From a virus, in the UHGV virus genome UHGV-0277313: a stretch of DNA of 64,000 nucleotides, one strand, 5' to 3'. The translations under genes and the position numbers were made by a program. Every line of letters begins with the position of its first letter. Positions within the stretch are counted from its first letter, which is position 1. Shown one piece after another: positions 15,835 to 24,933 of this stretch. The notes below the pieces were generated by a model. It was not told where the DNA came from, did no database searches, and saw only the letters and a list, made by a program, of their open reading frames with translations.

Positions 15835-16489
15835 TCCGTTTTATATGAAAGCTTTAGAATCATTCAAAGAGGCGGTTTACGTTAAATCTTTAAAAGAAAA
15901 AGAAGATGATGACGTTGATTTTTTGTCATCAACTGATATGAAGATTGCTTTATGTGATTTCCTAAAGACTAATAAAGATTATTTGGACAAGTTAAAGGGT
16001 TTGGAAGACTTTTTATCTGAAGTGTTATTACAAGTAATAACAAAAAGAAAACAGGTCGAAGCAAATCCAAATGAAAAGCCAGAAGAGTCTGATTTTTTCG
16101 AGATGTTTTATGATATTCTTTATAAAGGTTTATCTGAAGAAAAATTAACTTTTCTTAATGCATATCTTGAATCAAAATCTTTAGTCGAGAATTATTCTAT
16201 CGTTGACAATAATGAAGACCCGTTTAAACAGCTTTTCGGGGTGAACTATGACCCTAAAGTTTTGAGCGGCATGTCACAACAACAAAAAGATGAACTCGCG
16301 TCTAAAGCCGCTAAAATGGACCAGAAACAACGTGAAGATTTGTATAAAGAATTAGGTGCATTATGGAAACGGTTTTCCAATTTAGAATTGCCTAGAGTGA
16401 CAGCTATTTCTGCTTTAGGTAATTTTAATCCAGTTGCAGGTTTTTTAGCAAACCTTTTGACTGGTGGGTATGGCAGGATCAATAAATAA
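15815..16489 (+). CDS. hypothetical structural-module protein (about 225 aa)
   Basis: ORF 15797..16489. Start is ambiguous between ATG 15797 and ATG 15815 (MANTQVDPFYMK). Acidic. Confidence 0.45.
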   Translation: MANTQVDPFYMKALESFKEAVYVKSLKEKEDDDVDFLSSTDMKIALCDFLKTNKDYLDKLKGLEDFLSEVLLQVITKRKQVEANPNEKPEESDFFEMFYDILYKGLSEEKLTFLNAYLESKSLVENYSIVDNNEDPFKQLFGVNYDPKVLSGMSQQQKDELASKAAKMDQKQREDLYKELGALWKRFSNLELPRVTAISALGNFNPVAGFLANLLTGGYGRINK

Positions 16490-17160
16490 TGGCTGATTTA
16501 TTTGGAATAGATAATTACAGAAAAGCATTAATTGCACAAGCGGCTGATTATATTTGGATTGCAAGAGATCAGGCGTTGATGTTGCGAGGAATGTATGTCA
16601 CTGTATTAATTCCAAAAGAAGAAAATAATATTGATGAATATAGTGATTATAAAGATACTAAAACAGATTATGTTCAGATTCAGACATATATTGAACCACA
16701 ATTTGATAAATATATCTTAACTTTGTCATTGTTAGGTCAAGATATGGAAAGAGATTATCCTCTTGAAGTATCAATTATGTCAAGATTACATTTGCCGCGT
16801 AATTCTATTATTCAAATTCCTGAAATAAATTCTGCTGGACAACCTATCACTAGAGAGTGGAGAGTATTGTCAACATCAATAAAACAAGTTGGCAATATTT
16901 ATACAAGAACAGCGAATTGTACGCCAGCCCGTACTTTCGAAGAAATTACAACTGATATTGTTGAAGAATATTGTCGTAGTACTTTTGAAGTAATAGATTG
17001 TACTGTAACAAAAGATGACGAAGTTTGGGATATTCCTATAGATATTATGGGTGTTGGTACTTTAAAAGTTGTTGATTTTGTTTATTACGAACCGTATGGT
17101 TTAGTTGAATGTTCAAATAGACATAAATTTATAATATTTCAACCGACAATATCAGATTAA
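16489..17160 (+). CDS. hypothetical structural-module protein (223 aa)
   Basis: ATGA stop/start overlap with the upstream ORF, suggesting translational coupling. Confidence 0.45.
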   Translation: MADLFGIDNYRKALIAQAADYIWIARDQALMLRGMYVTVLIPKEENNIDEYSDYKDTKTDYVQIQTYIEPQFDKYILTLSLLGQDMERDYPLEVSIMSRLHLPRNSIIQIPEINSAGQPITREWRVLSTSIKQVGNIYTRTANCTPARTFEEITTDIVEEYCRSTFEVIDCTVTKDDEVWDIPIDIMGVGTLKVVDFVYYEPYGLVECSNRHKFIIFQPTISD

Positions 17161-17219
17161 TTTTATTTGTTCTTTTTTAATATACTAGTTTAAATAACCG
17201 TTTTAAGGGGAATTATTTC

Positions 17220-17648
17220 ATGAGTACAATGACAAAAGAAGCATGTAATGCTATGATTGATTTTGTTTTTGGAAACGGTCAAGGTTTAAAGTCACCAACA
17301 AGTCTACATTTGGCATTATTCAATAATGACCCTTCCGAAGATTTGCCAGTTGAAGTTCCAAATTCTTCAGCATATGGTTATTCAAGACAAGTTATTAAAT
17401 TTTCACAAGCTAAAGATGGACGTTCCTATAATACTGAAACAGTAACATTTCCAGCAGCTAAAAAATCATGGGGCGTCGTTAAGGCTATTGGTGTTTATGG
17501 GAATATTCAGACATCTGAAGGTGATGGAAATACAGGTGAAGTTGAGACATTATTGTTTTATGCTACTTTGCCAAATCAAAAAGAAATTCCGGCTAATGCT
17601 GTTTTAGCTTTTTCACCAGGGAATATTAGATATACATTGGTTATCTAA
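17220..17648 (+). CDS. hypothetical protein (142 aa)
   Basis: ORF with AAGGGGA SD at the correct spacing. Confidence 0.45.
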   Translation: MSTMTKEACNAMIDFVFGNGQGLKSPTSLHLALFNNDPSEDLPVEVPNSSAYGYSRQVIKFSQAKDGRSYNTETVTFPAAKKSWGVVKAIGVYGNIQTSEGDGNTGEVETLLFYATLPNQKEIPANAVLAFSPGNIRYTLVI

Positions 17649-17676
17649 TATTTTTTTCTTTTATTTCTTTTCGAGG

Positions 17677-17907
17677 ATGAATCTAATGTGTACCGAATCT
17701 GAATTAAAAGCTATTATTCGTGAAGAGCATAAAAATTTAAAAAAAGCTGCTAAAACAGCAGGTATTTCCGAAGATCTTTATTTATCCTGTATTGCTAAAA
17801 GTTTTGCAGACGCTTTTAAAATTTTCCCAAAAGAACATTTTTATAATTATAAACAAAATACGTGGATTGGAAGAGTCTACAAGAGGGCGGTTGCTTTGCG
17901 TGACTGA
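17677..17907 (+). CDS. hypothetical protein (76 aa)
   Basis: ORF with GAGGATGA SD-like sequence upstream. Confidence 0.35.
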   Translation: MNLMCTESELKAIIREEHKNLKKAAKTAGISEDLYLSCIAKSFADAFKIFPKEHFYNYKQNTWIGRVYKRAVALRD

Positions 17908-17915
17908 TATTTTTT

Positions 17916-19253
17916 ATGCAAGAAGCCGTTCCATTTTTTTCGGAAACTTTGCTCGAATTTTTTAAGTTCACACAAACTTTGGGTGATAGTTACGTTTTCT
18001 TTACTTTTTTAGCGATTTTTATAATAATTCTAAATAAAGCATTAGGTGCTGAAAGAATTGAAAAACTAGCATGCTTTATTTGGAAAATAACGACTTTTCC
18101 GTTTATTTATGTATATAAATTTCTTTTTAAGAAAACAAAAAGAGAAGAAGCCAATACAACTATTATACATCAACAAATTGTAAATATTGATTATTTTTCT
18201 TTAGTTAATCGATGTTTAAAAACATTTGAAGAATGTATAGCAGAAATAAATACATTTCATACAAATGATTTAGTTAAAGATATTTTATTACGTGATATTT
18301 GTGAATGTGTTTTTGAAGCTGTAAAAGAAGAGTTATATGACTTTGCAGAAAAAAATAAAGATGTAAATGATGTAGAGATTATATTATCAAATCTGTATGT
18401 GACTGTTAATAAAATTTCTGTAAATTATGATAGAAGATGGAAAAGTAAAAAGATTCAAATAAGTTTGATTCAAAAAATCTATAAAATTATTAGTGAGTTA
18501 GAGACGGTGTTTAAGGAAACTTTTAAACATATGATGAATTTTGATCATACGTCTTTTTCTATTGATACTGAAATTCGTTATATTTGTGCTCATTATCAAA
18601 CTTTAGCAGAAACTTTTAAGTCAGAAATAAAAGAAATGAATGGAACGCTTAACGGTGTTGAATATAAAAATAAAGTAATTGGATTGTATAATTCATTTGG
18701 TGCTTTAAAAATTGATCGATTTCCTTTTCCTTTAGGTATTCATGATGCAGATGTAAGTAGCGTACTGACAGTCACTATGAAAAAATTAAAATGTGATTAT
18801 GCAGGATTAGTAGATTTTTATGAAACACCTGAAATGATTGAAGATGGTTTGAATCATGAATTTAATGTACAACGTATTCTTGATTCGAAGTTTGCAGTGT
18901 CGTTTGCAAGCTGTCCAAAAAAATTCTCATATAGAGATTTTATTGAAAAACGTGCAACTGATTTATTAACTCGCGATTGTGCAGAACGTTTGATTAATAA
19001 TGAGGTTTTAATTTTTGATAGAAGTGAATTATTGGAATGGTCAAATATAAGAAGCTTTATGGCAATGAATGATTTTCAGACTATCGTAATGCAGCCGATT
19101 TTAAGCGGTCGTGAAGTTTTGATTGGTTTAATTGTTTATTTGTTTATTTATGAAAAGGATCATTCTACTGATAAACTTGATAAAGAGTATTTAAAAAGTA
19201 TGTCAGCAAGGTTTGTAAATTTTTTTCGTCATATGATAAGCTTGAAGAATTGA
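17916..19253 (+). CDS. hypothetical membrane-anchored protein (445 aa)
   Basis: N-terminal hydrophobic segment YVFFTFLAIFIIILNKALG. No Walker motif, so not a terminase. Confidence 0.45.
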   Translation: MQEAVPFFSETLLEFFKFTQTLGDSYVFFTFLAIFIIILNKALGAERIEKLACFIWKITTFPFIYVYKFLFKKTKREEANTTIIHQQIVNIDYFSLVNRCLKTFEECIAEINTFHTNDLVKDILLRDICECVFEAVKEELYDFAEKNKDVNDVEIILSNLYVTVNKISVNYDRRWKSKKIQISLIQKIYKIISELETVFKETFKHMMNFDHTSFSIDTEIRYICAHYQTLAETFKSEIKEMNGTLNGVEYKNKVIGLYNSFGALKIDRFPFPLGIHDADVSSVLTVTMKKLKCDYAGLVDFYETPEMIEDGLNHEFNVQRILDSKFAVSFASCPKKFSYRDFIEKRATDLLTRDCAERLINNEVLIFDRSELLEWSNIRSFMAMNDFQTIVMQPILSGREVLIGLIVYLFIYEKDHSTDKLDKEYLKSMSARFVNFFRHMISLKN

Positions 19254-19322
19254 TTGACTGAAGATAGTCAATAAACGTTCTTAACCTATAAAGATCACTT
19301 GATCTATTCTAGGAGATTTGTT

Positions 19323-19505
19323 ATGTGCACAAAATTTGAAATTAATGAATCAGTAAAAGATCGTTTAGAAAAGTCTGGTATTGAACTAACTGAACAAAAA
19401 TCTCAAGCAGAAGTTATTAGCGAAGTCAACCGTTCAAACATTGCTGTTGCTCGTTATGATGAAAAAAACGATAAAGTGACAATTAAAGAAAGTTTGAATG
19501 GGTAA
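19323..19505 (+). CDS. hypothetical small protein (60 aa)
   Basis: The caller used TTG at 19299. A better start is ATG 19323 with AGGAGA SD at 19311-19316. Confidence 0.35.
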   Translation: MCTKFEINESVKDRLEKSGIELTEQKSQAEVISEVNRSNIAVARYDEKNDKVTIKESLNG

Positions 19506-19974
19506 GTTTATGGCTGAAATTAAGTATCCTATTAAATGCATTAGTTATTGTGCGTCAAATTATGGTACGTATGATCGGGCTAATTCTTTTGAATTTTGGG
19601 TTCGTGGTCATCTGATTCGTATTGTTGGTGATAAACCTTTTTCACGTGGTGATATGATTTGGTTAGATGAAATCGATTACGACGATTTACATGAAGAATA
19701 TATTGTACGTATTCGTGTAATTGATGAAGAGCCGTATGAAGAAGGTTTGCCTGTATTATCTTTAGCAACATCACGTATCGTTTATAGTTCAGATGATTTT
19801 GATGTTATTGAGAAAGACGGTGTTAAAGTATTGAAAACATTGTCGGTTCAGACTGATGATAGTTATTCTTTAGCATTCATTAGTTTGTTATACGGTGATG
19901 GTGTTATTTCTTGTAAGTCTAAATCTTCAGGTGCGGCCTTTAATTTAGACTTCAAGTTGTCATGGAAAAAATAA
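19498..19974 (+). CDS. hypothetical protein (158 aa)
   Basis: ORF overlapping the previous stop (ATGGGTAAG...). Confidence 0.4.
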   Translation: MGKFMAEIKYPIKCISYCASNYGTYDRANSFEFWVRGHLIRIVGDKPFSRGDMIWLDEIDYDDLHEEYIVRIRVIDEEPYEEGLPVLSLATSRIVYSSDDFDVIEKDGVKVLKTLSVQTDDSYSLAFISLLYGDGVISCKSKSSGAAFNLDFKLSWKK

Positions 19975-19983
19975 GGATAGCGA

Positions 19984-21954
19984 ATGTCTGGTTTTGCTAG
20001 CAAGCTTAAAAATATGATTCCTTTTTTAGAATCTGAAACAGATCAGCTAAAGAAGGTGGCTCGTCATATGACTGATGATTCTTTACGGTCTTTTGCCGCA
20101 AGGAACAATCTTCGCGTTCAGCGTACAGAAACTGGTGATTTTATTTCAGTTCCAGTTGATACACCTGATAACATTTTTATGTCTTTTTATGAAAGCTGGA
20201 CTTCAACATTTTCAAACACTGGTAGTTTTACTGGAAACAATAAAGCTAATATTTATGCAATGTATGATGTCATGGATGAAAACATGACTGAAGCAAGTAT
20301 GATGCTTGATACATATGCAGAAGAATCAATTTCTTTTGGTGTTATTGATAACGCTATCAAAGTTACTGTTTCAGATCCAAGTGCTCAAAAAGTTCTTGAT
20401 TCTGTTTTAGAAAAAAATAAAATTTTAAAACGTGCAAAAGCTGATATTCGCACAATGTGTAAATACGGTGATGCAGCATATGTTTTAGAGTTTCCTCAAT
20501 CTTTATATGATGCATATAATAATTTACCGTCTGATATTAAAGACGAAACCGATCCTGGTGAATTCTTTAATATTATGGATTTAGATATTTATCCAATAAA
20601 TCCAAAGAATTTCGTGATTAATGCTGATGAACAAGGTCGTGTAATTAATTATAAACAAGATAATTCATTACAGTCTGATTCGAAGAGAATCGTCTCTTCA
20701 CATACAATATTAACTAAAGTTTGGCAGCCGTGGCAGTTTGCAAGATTCTCAATTGATGACGATACTTTACGCCCGTATGGAAAGTCTATTCTTTACGGCA
20801 TGCGTACATTGTTTGATCAGTTATCAACACTCGAAGCTTTATTAGCAATGTCTAGAGCGTCAAAAGTACAACGTTTAGTAATCAAAGTTCCTGTACCCTC
20901 AAGTAATGCCACTGAAGCTTTTCAGCAGATTTCAAGAACAAAAGCACAGTTTAAATCAACAATCTTTTCTGATGCCGTAAGTACTAAATCAGGTCGTAAA
21001 GTGGCCGGATTAACTGAAGTGTTCTTCATGCCTTCAGGTCCAGATTATAGCATTGATACAATTAAAAACGATATTGATATTTCTTCAACTGAAGACGTTA
21101 ATCATTTTCTTGATAAAGCTTTACGTGCAACAAAATTACCTAAAGGATTCTTTTCAGGTGAAGATGGTGAAGATTCTGGTACAGCTTTAGCTGAAAGAGA
21201 CCAAAAATTTGGTAAAGCGTTATTGCAAGTTCAAAATGCATATGCAGAAGGTTTGGTTGATTTATGTTCATGTATTTTAGCACATGCTGGTTTTCTTGTT
21301 GATCAGCTTGAAATTACTGTTGAAATTCAGCGTCCAACTCGTTTATCAAAGAATTTAATTGAAGAATATAAAAACATTTTGGACTTCGTTTCTGCATTAC
21401 GTGAAGTTGTTCAGGAAGATAATCCAAAGATTAAATATCCGGCAACGAATTTAGCGCAGTTGTTAGTTTTAGCAGGTATTCCTGTTGATTATGTTAAGTT
21501 GTTATTGGCTCAAAATCCTGTAACTGTTGTTAGTGATACTATTATGTATGACTTGATGAGTTCGTTGGAAGTTAAGCCGTATAATTATGAAAAATCAAAT
21601 AAAAAAGATATTGATGCTCAATCTGATATTTCTAGAGATGAGAAAGGTCAGTTGATTGTTAATGATGATAATACAACTTCTGATATTGATATTAATAATA
21701 TCAAACAGGCAACTATTAATGATGTAGATACAAAATCCGAAGATGATTTGTCTATTGGGTTTGGTATTGAACCTGATCATTATAAAGTAAGTTCAGTAAG
21801 CAATTCAAAAGACCTTTATTTGTGTGAACGTCGTACAATTGTTAGAGTTACAAGTCGTGAAGTTTTAGCAGCAGAACCTTCTTTGAAAAATGAGCTTCTT
21901 GAAGTAGCTAAAGATTTGCGTGGAAAGAAGTTGTTGAATGAACAATCAAAATAA
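19984..21954 (+). CDS. 20: portal vertex protein (T4 gp20-like), 656 aa
   Basis: Segment YAMYDVMDENMTEASMMLDTYAEESISFGVIDNAIKVTVSD parallels the T4 gp20 [31 protein letters not shown] region. Size and position upstream of the protease/scaffold and MCP fit a portal. Confidence 0.55.
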   Translation: MSGFASKLKNMIPFLESETDQLKKVARHMTDDSLRSFAARNNLRVQRTETGDFISVPVDTPDNIFMSFYESWTSTFSNTGSFTGNNKANIYAMYDVMDENMTEASMMLDTYAEESISFGVIDNAIKVTVSDPSAQKVLDSVLEKNKILKRAKADIRTMCKYGDAAYVLEFPQSLYDAYNNLPSDIKDETDPGEFFNIMDLDIYPINPKNFVINADEQGRVINYKQDNSLQSDSKRIVSSHTILTKVWQPWQFARFSIDDDTLRPYGKSILYGMRTLFDQLSTLEALLAMSRASKVQRLVIKVPVPSSNATEAFQQISRTKAQFKSTIFSDAVSTKSGRKVAGLTEVFFMPSGPDYSIDTIKNDIDISSTEDVNHFLDKALRATKLPKGFFSGEDGEDSGTALAERDQKFGKALLQVQNAYAEGLVDLCSCILAHAGFLVDQLEITVEIQRPTRLSKNLIEEYKNILDFVSALREVVQEDNPKIKYPATNLAQLLVLAGIPVDYVKLLLAQNPVTVVSDTIMYDLMSSLEVKPYNYEKSNKKDIDAQSDISRDEKGQLIVNDDNTTSDIDINNIKQATINDVDTKSEDDLSIGFGIEPDHYKVSSVSNSKDLYLCERRTIVRVTSREVLAAEPSLKNELLEVAKDLRGKKLLNEQSK

Positions 21955-22297
21955 AAACTTTAAGGTTTTCAGCGGAATACGATCTTTTTTAAAATTAGAA
22001 AACGGATATGTTTCCGTGACTGATGTTGAAACTAAAGTTTCTGTCGTTGAAGATTATAAAGTTGTTTATGATATTTTAAAAATTATCTTAACAGAACAAC
22101 GGTTTGATGTTTTTCTTCGTGAGTTGTCAGCAGGTAATCTTGTTGTTTATAATTTTTTAACAAACAAACTATCATTTGTTAAGGATAAAGAAGAAGAATT
22201 AGTTAAGTTCGGTTTGTCAAAAGAGTTAAATCGTTCGGTAATTGAAGAGCGATATCTAAATGAAGATGGTAAAGAAGAATTTTTCTTAAATTGGTAG
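21938..22297 (+). CDS. hypothetical head-module protein (119 aa), possible prohead core component
   Basis: Position between portal and prohead protease, as gp67/gp68 are in T4. No sequence evidence. Confidence 0.35.
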   Translation: MNNQNKNFKVFSGIRSFLKLENGYVSVTDVETKVSVVEDYKVVYDILKIILTEQRFDVFLRELSAGNLVVYNFLTNKLSFVKDKEEELVKFGLSKELNRSVIEERYLNEDGKEEFFLNW

Positions 22298-22349
22298 TTT
22301 TGTTTATTAATAAGAATTACGTTCTTTAGTTTAATTCTAGTTTCTATTT

Positions 22350-22736
22350 TTGAGAGAATTGCACATGGATAATAATTTTAATAACCCGTTTATTTTTGAC
22401 AATAGACCTGTACCGTGTGTATCTGTTAAGTTTAGGACTCTTTTAAACACAAAGGATACAAATCTGTATCAGTTGTGGAACTCTTTTATTTCAAAAGTTA
22501 TGCGTGAAGAAAAGAGCAGATATAAATATTCACAGGTTACTTTAATTCGTGAGTATTTACAAAGTCATCCAAATTTTGATATTGTCAAAGCAGCGGAATA
22601 TACATCATATACAATGCGTGAGTCTGTTGCTAGCATCAAGCCAATTTATGATTTAATTGACATTGATACACTAGCTTTTGTTTTGGCAATTTCTGGCTTT
22701 AATGTCAGAGAATTTGTTCGTAATGAAAATTGCTAA
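22350..22736 (+). CDS. hypothetical head-module protein (128 aa), possible prohead core component
   Basis: Positional only. Confidence 0.35.
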   Translation: MRELHMDNNFNNPFIFDNRPVPCVSVKFRTLLNTKDTNLYQLWNSFISKVMREEKSRYKYSQVTLIREYLQSHPNFDIVKAAEYTSYTMRESVASIKPIYDLIDIDTLAFVLAISGFNVREFVRNENC

Positions 22737-22759
22737 TTGATGATATAGGATTGTTTAAG

Positions 22760-24790
22760 ATGAAAAAGAAAACTCTTTTGATTGAACAATCAGACTTTTC
22801 CTTTCATGTAGAAAGAGAAAGCGAAGGGTTAAAAGAAGCTCTAGAGATCAAAGAAGACGGAAACGCGATTATTGTTAAACATGTTCCTTGCACGATTTTG
22901 GGCAAGAAAAATTTAAATGGTCGTATTTATCCTGCTGCAATGATGAAAAAGTCTTTAACAGATGCAAAACCACAGATCGATGCTCGTTCCTTGATTTGTC
23001 AGGCGCACGATCATCCTGAAGGTACATATGTTAAACCTATTGAAGCTTCACATCTAGTTGTTGATGCATATATCGAAGATGTTCCAAATGTTGGTCCGGT
23101 ATTGTTCAACGATTGGGAAATTTTACCAACAAGTCATGGTCGTGATTTAGCGGCCTTAATTGAAGCTGACGTTAGTTTAGGTACTTCAATTCGTGGTTTA
23201 GGTAATATGAGCGGTTCAGTTGTCGATGATTATGAATTTTTGGGAACTGATGTCGTAGGTAACCCTTCATCTGGTACGTTCACAGGAATGTTTAATCCAG
23301 CAAAAGCGACTAAAATGTCACGTAATGAAATGCGTGAAGCTTATGGTGATCCAGATGTTGCAGTAAATAAAAATATTGACATAATCATGCAAAATGCGTT
23401 AGCTGATAAAGAAGATGATGCTGCAGATGTTGGAAATATTAGTGCTCAAAAAGAATATAATGATATTCTTAAATTAGCTGAATATATTTATGTTGCTATT
23501 GTTAATAACAATAAATCTTTTGATAGTAAAGATGGTTTGTTAGATACAATGGCAGAAATTGTTTCTGAATATTTAGAGCTTAATAATTCTGAAGTTAAAG
23601 ATCAAGTCAATATGGCAATGTGTCAATTGCATGGTGCAAGTTGGTTTGAAGATTTAGACTCTTTAGTTAATCCTGTTAAAACAGATAAAGATAGTGAGTT
23701 CTCTAATCCAGAAAATGAAACGCCTGAAATGTCAGGCGAAGAACTAATTGATAATCAACAAACTCAAGTTAGTACGCTAGGAGAAAGTAAAATGGCTACA
23801 GTTGATCTTTCAGATTTACCTGAATTAAAACAGTTACAGAAAGGTGGCGACGCTACCGCTATTCATCAGGCACCTGAAGCTTTGGACCGTCCTGAAGAAG
23901 CTGTTACAGCTGAAGAAACACCAAATAAAGGTGCTTTGAAAGCTGGTCCAAATCCCGTCGTTGGAGATGCCCCTTCTGTTGAAGATATTAAAAAAGTTAA
24001 GTTCCAGGCTTATGATGCGAACAACATTCTTGCTCGTGAAAAAGTTAAAATGGAATCTCGTTGCACTGAATTAGCGCAGATGTTGGCGGAATCTCGTCGT
24101 AATCTGGCTGAAAAAGCTGAAAAGTATAATGAAGCTCAAAACGTTGTTAAGAGTCTTGTTGAACAATTATCAGTGTACAATACCGCGTTTGGTTCAAAAA
24201 CACCTGACGAAATTAAGGGTGAATATGAAAAACAGATCGCTGATCTGAAAGAATCCAGCGCTAAAGAATATGCTGTTCGTAAAGAAAAAGCGAATGCATA
24301 TGTTAAAGGTCTAATGACCGAATCTTCCGAAAAAGTCAAAAAGATTGCTGAAGACTTTAATGGTAAATTGTCTGTTAAAGAATCTGAAATCGCTGATTTG
24401 AATAAAAAGTTGGAAGAATCTGCGGCTGAAATGAAAGTTCTGAAAGCTGAATCTTATTCCGATAAACTTCGTATGGAAGAAGAATCCAAAAAAGCGCAGA
24501 AAGAAAAATATATGGAAGCTGCTAATAAAGCCGCTAAATTGAACGAAAAGCTGATCGAAGAATCTGCTAAAATGATTAAAGTCGCTTTAGAAGAATCCGC
24601 GAAAGCTCAAAAAGAACTGAAAAAAGAAATCGACATGCAAAAAGGCTTGTTCGAAAAAGTTCAGTCAATGTTCGATATTGCTTGCTCTATCAATGAAGCT
24701 TTGTCTGATGCCGTTATGAAAGAATGCATGGGCAAATGCGGAACTCGCCGTAAAGAATCAACTGCTCGCCGTTTGCGTGGTCACCGTTAA
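22760..24790 (+). CDS. 21: prohead core protease (T4 gp21-like) fused to a long acidic/coiled-coil scaffold domain (about 676 aa)
   Basis: N-terminal domain NLNGRIYPAAMMKKSL...QAHDHPEG...DVSLGTSIRGLGNMSG parallels the gp21 NKRLYPKRILEKAV...GELNHPPR...IPGVSSRGLGSLT (catalytic His and Ser). C-terminal 350 aa is K/E/A-rich heptad-like scaffold (KKAQKEKYMEAANKAAKLNEKLIEESAKMIK...). The caller start is TTG 22730; ATG at 22760 is more likely. Confidence 0.6.
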   Translation: MKKKTLLIEQSDFSFHVERESEGLKEALEIKEDGNAIIVKHVPCTILGKKNLNGRIYPAAMMKKSLTDAKPQIDARSLICQAHDHPEGTYVKPIEASHLVVDAYIEDVPNVGPVLFNDWEILPTSHGRDLAALIEADVSLGTSIRGLGNMSGSVVDDYEFLGTDVVGNPSSGTFTGMFNPAKATKMSRNEMREAYGDPDVAVNKNIDIIMQNALADKEDDAADVGNISAQKEYNDILKLAEYIYVAIVNNNKSFDSKDGLLDTMAEIVSEYLELNNSEVKDQVNMAMCQLHGASWFEDLDSLVNPVKTDKDSEFSNPENETPEMSGEELIDNQQTQVSTLGESKMATVDLSDLPELKQLQKGGDATAIHQAPEALDRPEEAVTAEETPNKGALKAGPNPVVGDAPSVEDIKKVKFQAYDANNILAREKVKMESRCTELAQMLAESRRNLAEKAEKYNEAQNVVKSLVEQLSVYNTAFGSKTPDEIKGEYEKQIADLKESSAKEYAVRKEKANAYVKGLMTESSEKVKKIAEDFNGKLSVKESEIADLNKKLEESAAEMKVLKAESYSDKLRMEEESKKAQKEKYMEAANKAAKLNEKLIEESAKMIKVALEESAKAQKELKKEIDMQKGLFEKVQSMFDIACSINEALSDAVMKECMGKCGTRRKESTARRLRGHR

Positions 24791-24810
24791 TTCTTCGGTC
24801 GTGATTATAA

Positions 24811-24845
24811 AAGAGGGGTGGTTAGTTCCGCCCCTCTTTTTGTTT
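24811..24845 (+). terminator. rho-independent terminator after the protease/scaffold gene
   Basis: AGAGGGGTGG-ttagtt-CCGCCCCTCT (one G.U pair) followed by TTTTTGTTTTATTT. Confidence 0.65.
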
Positions 24846-24872
24846 TATTTAGAATATTTATATAAATTTTTA

Positions 24873-24901
24873 TTGACATATTGTTTTATTTGTTGTAATA
24901 T
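24873..24901 (+). promoter_or_regulatory. sigma70-type promoter for the first homing-endonuclease-like gene
   Basis: TTGACA (24873-24878), 17 nt, TAATAT (24896-24901). Confidence 0.45.
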
Positions 24902-24933
24902 TATTTCATAAAATAAAGTTTAAGGTGTCTTTT

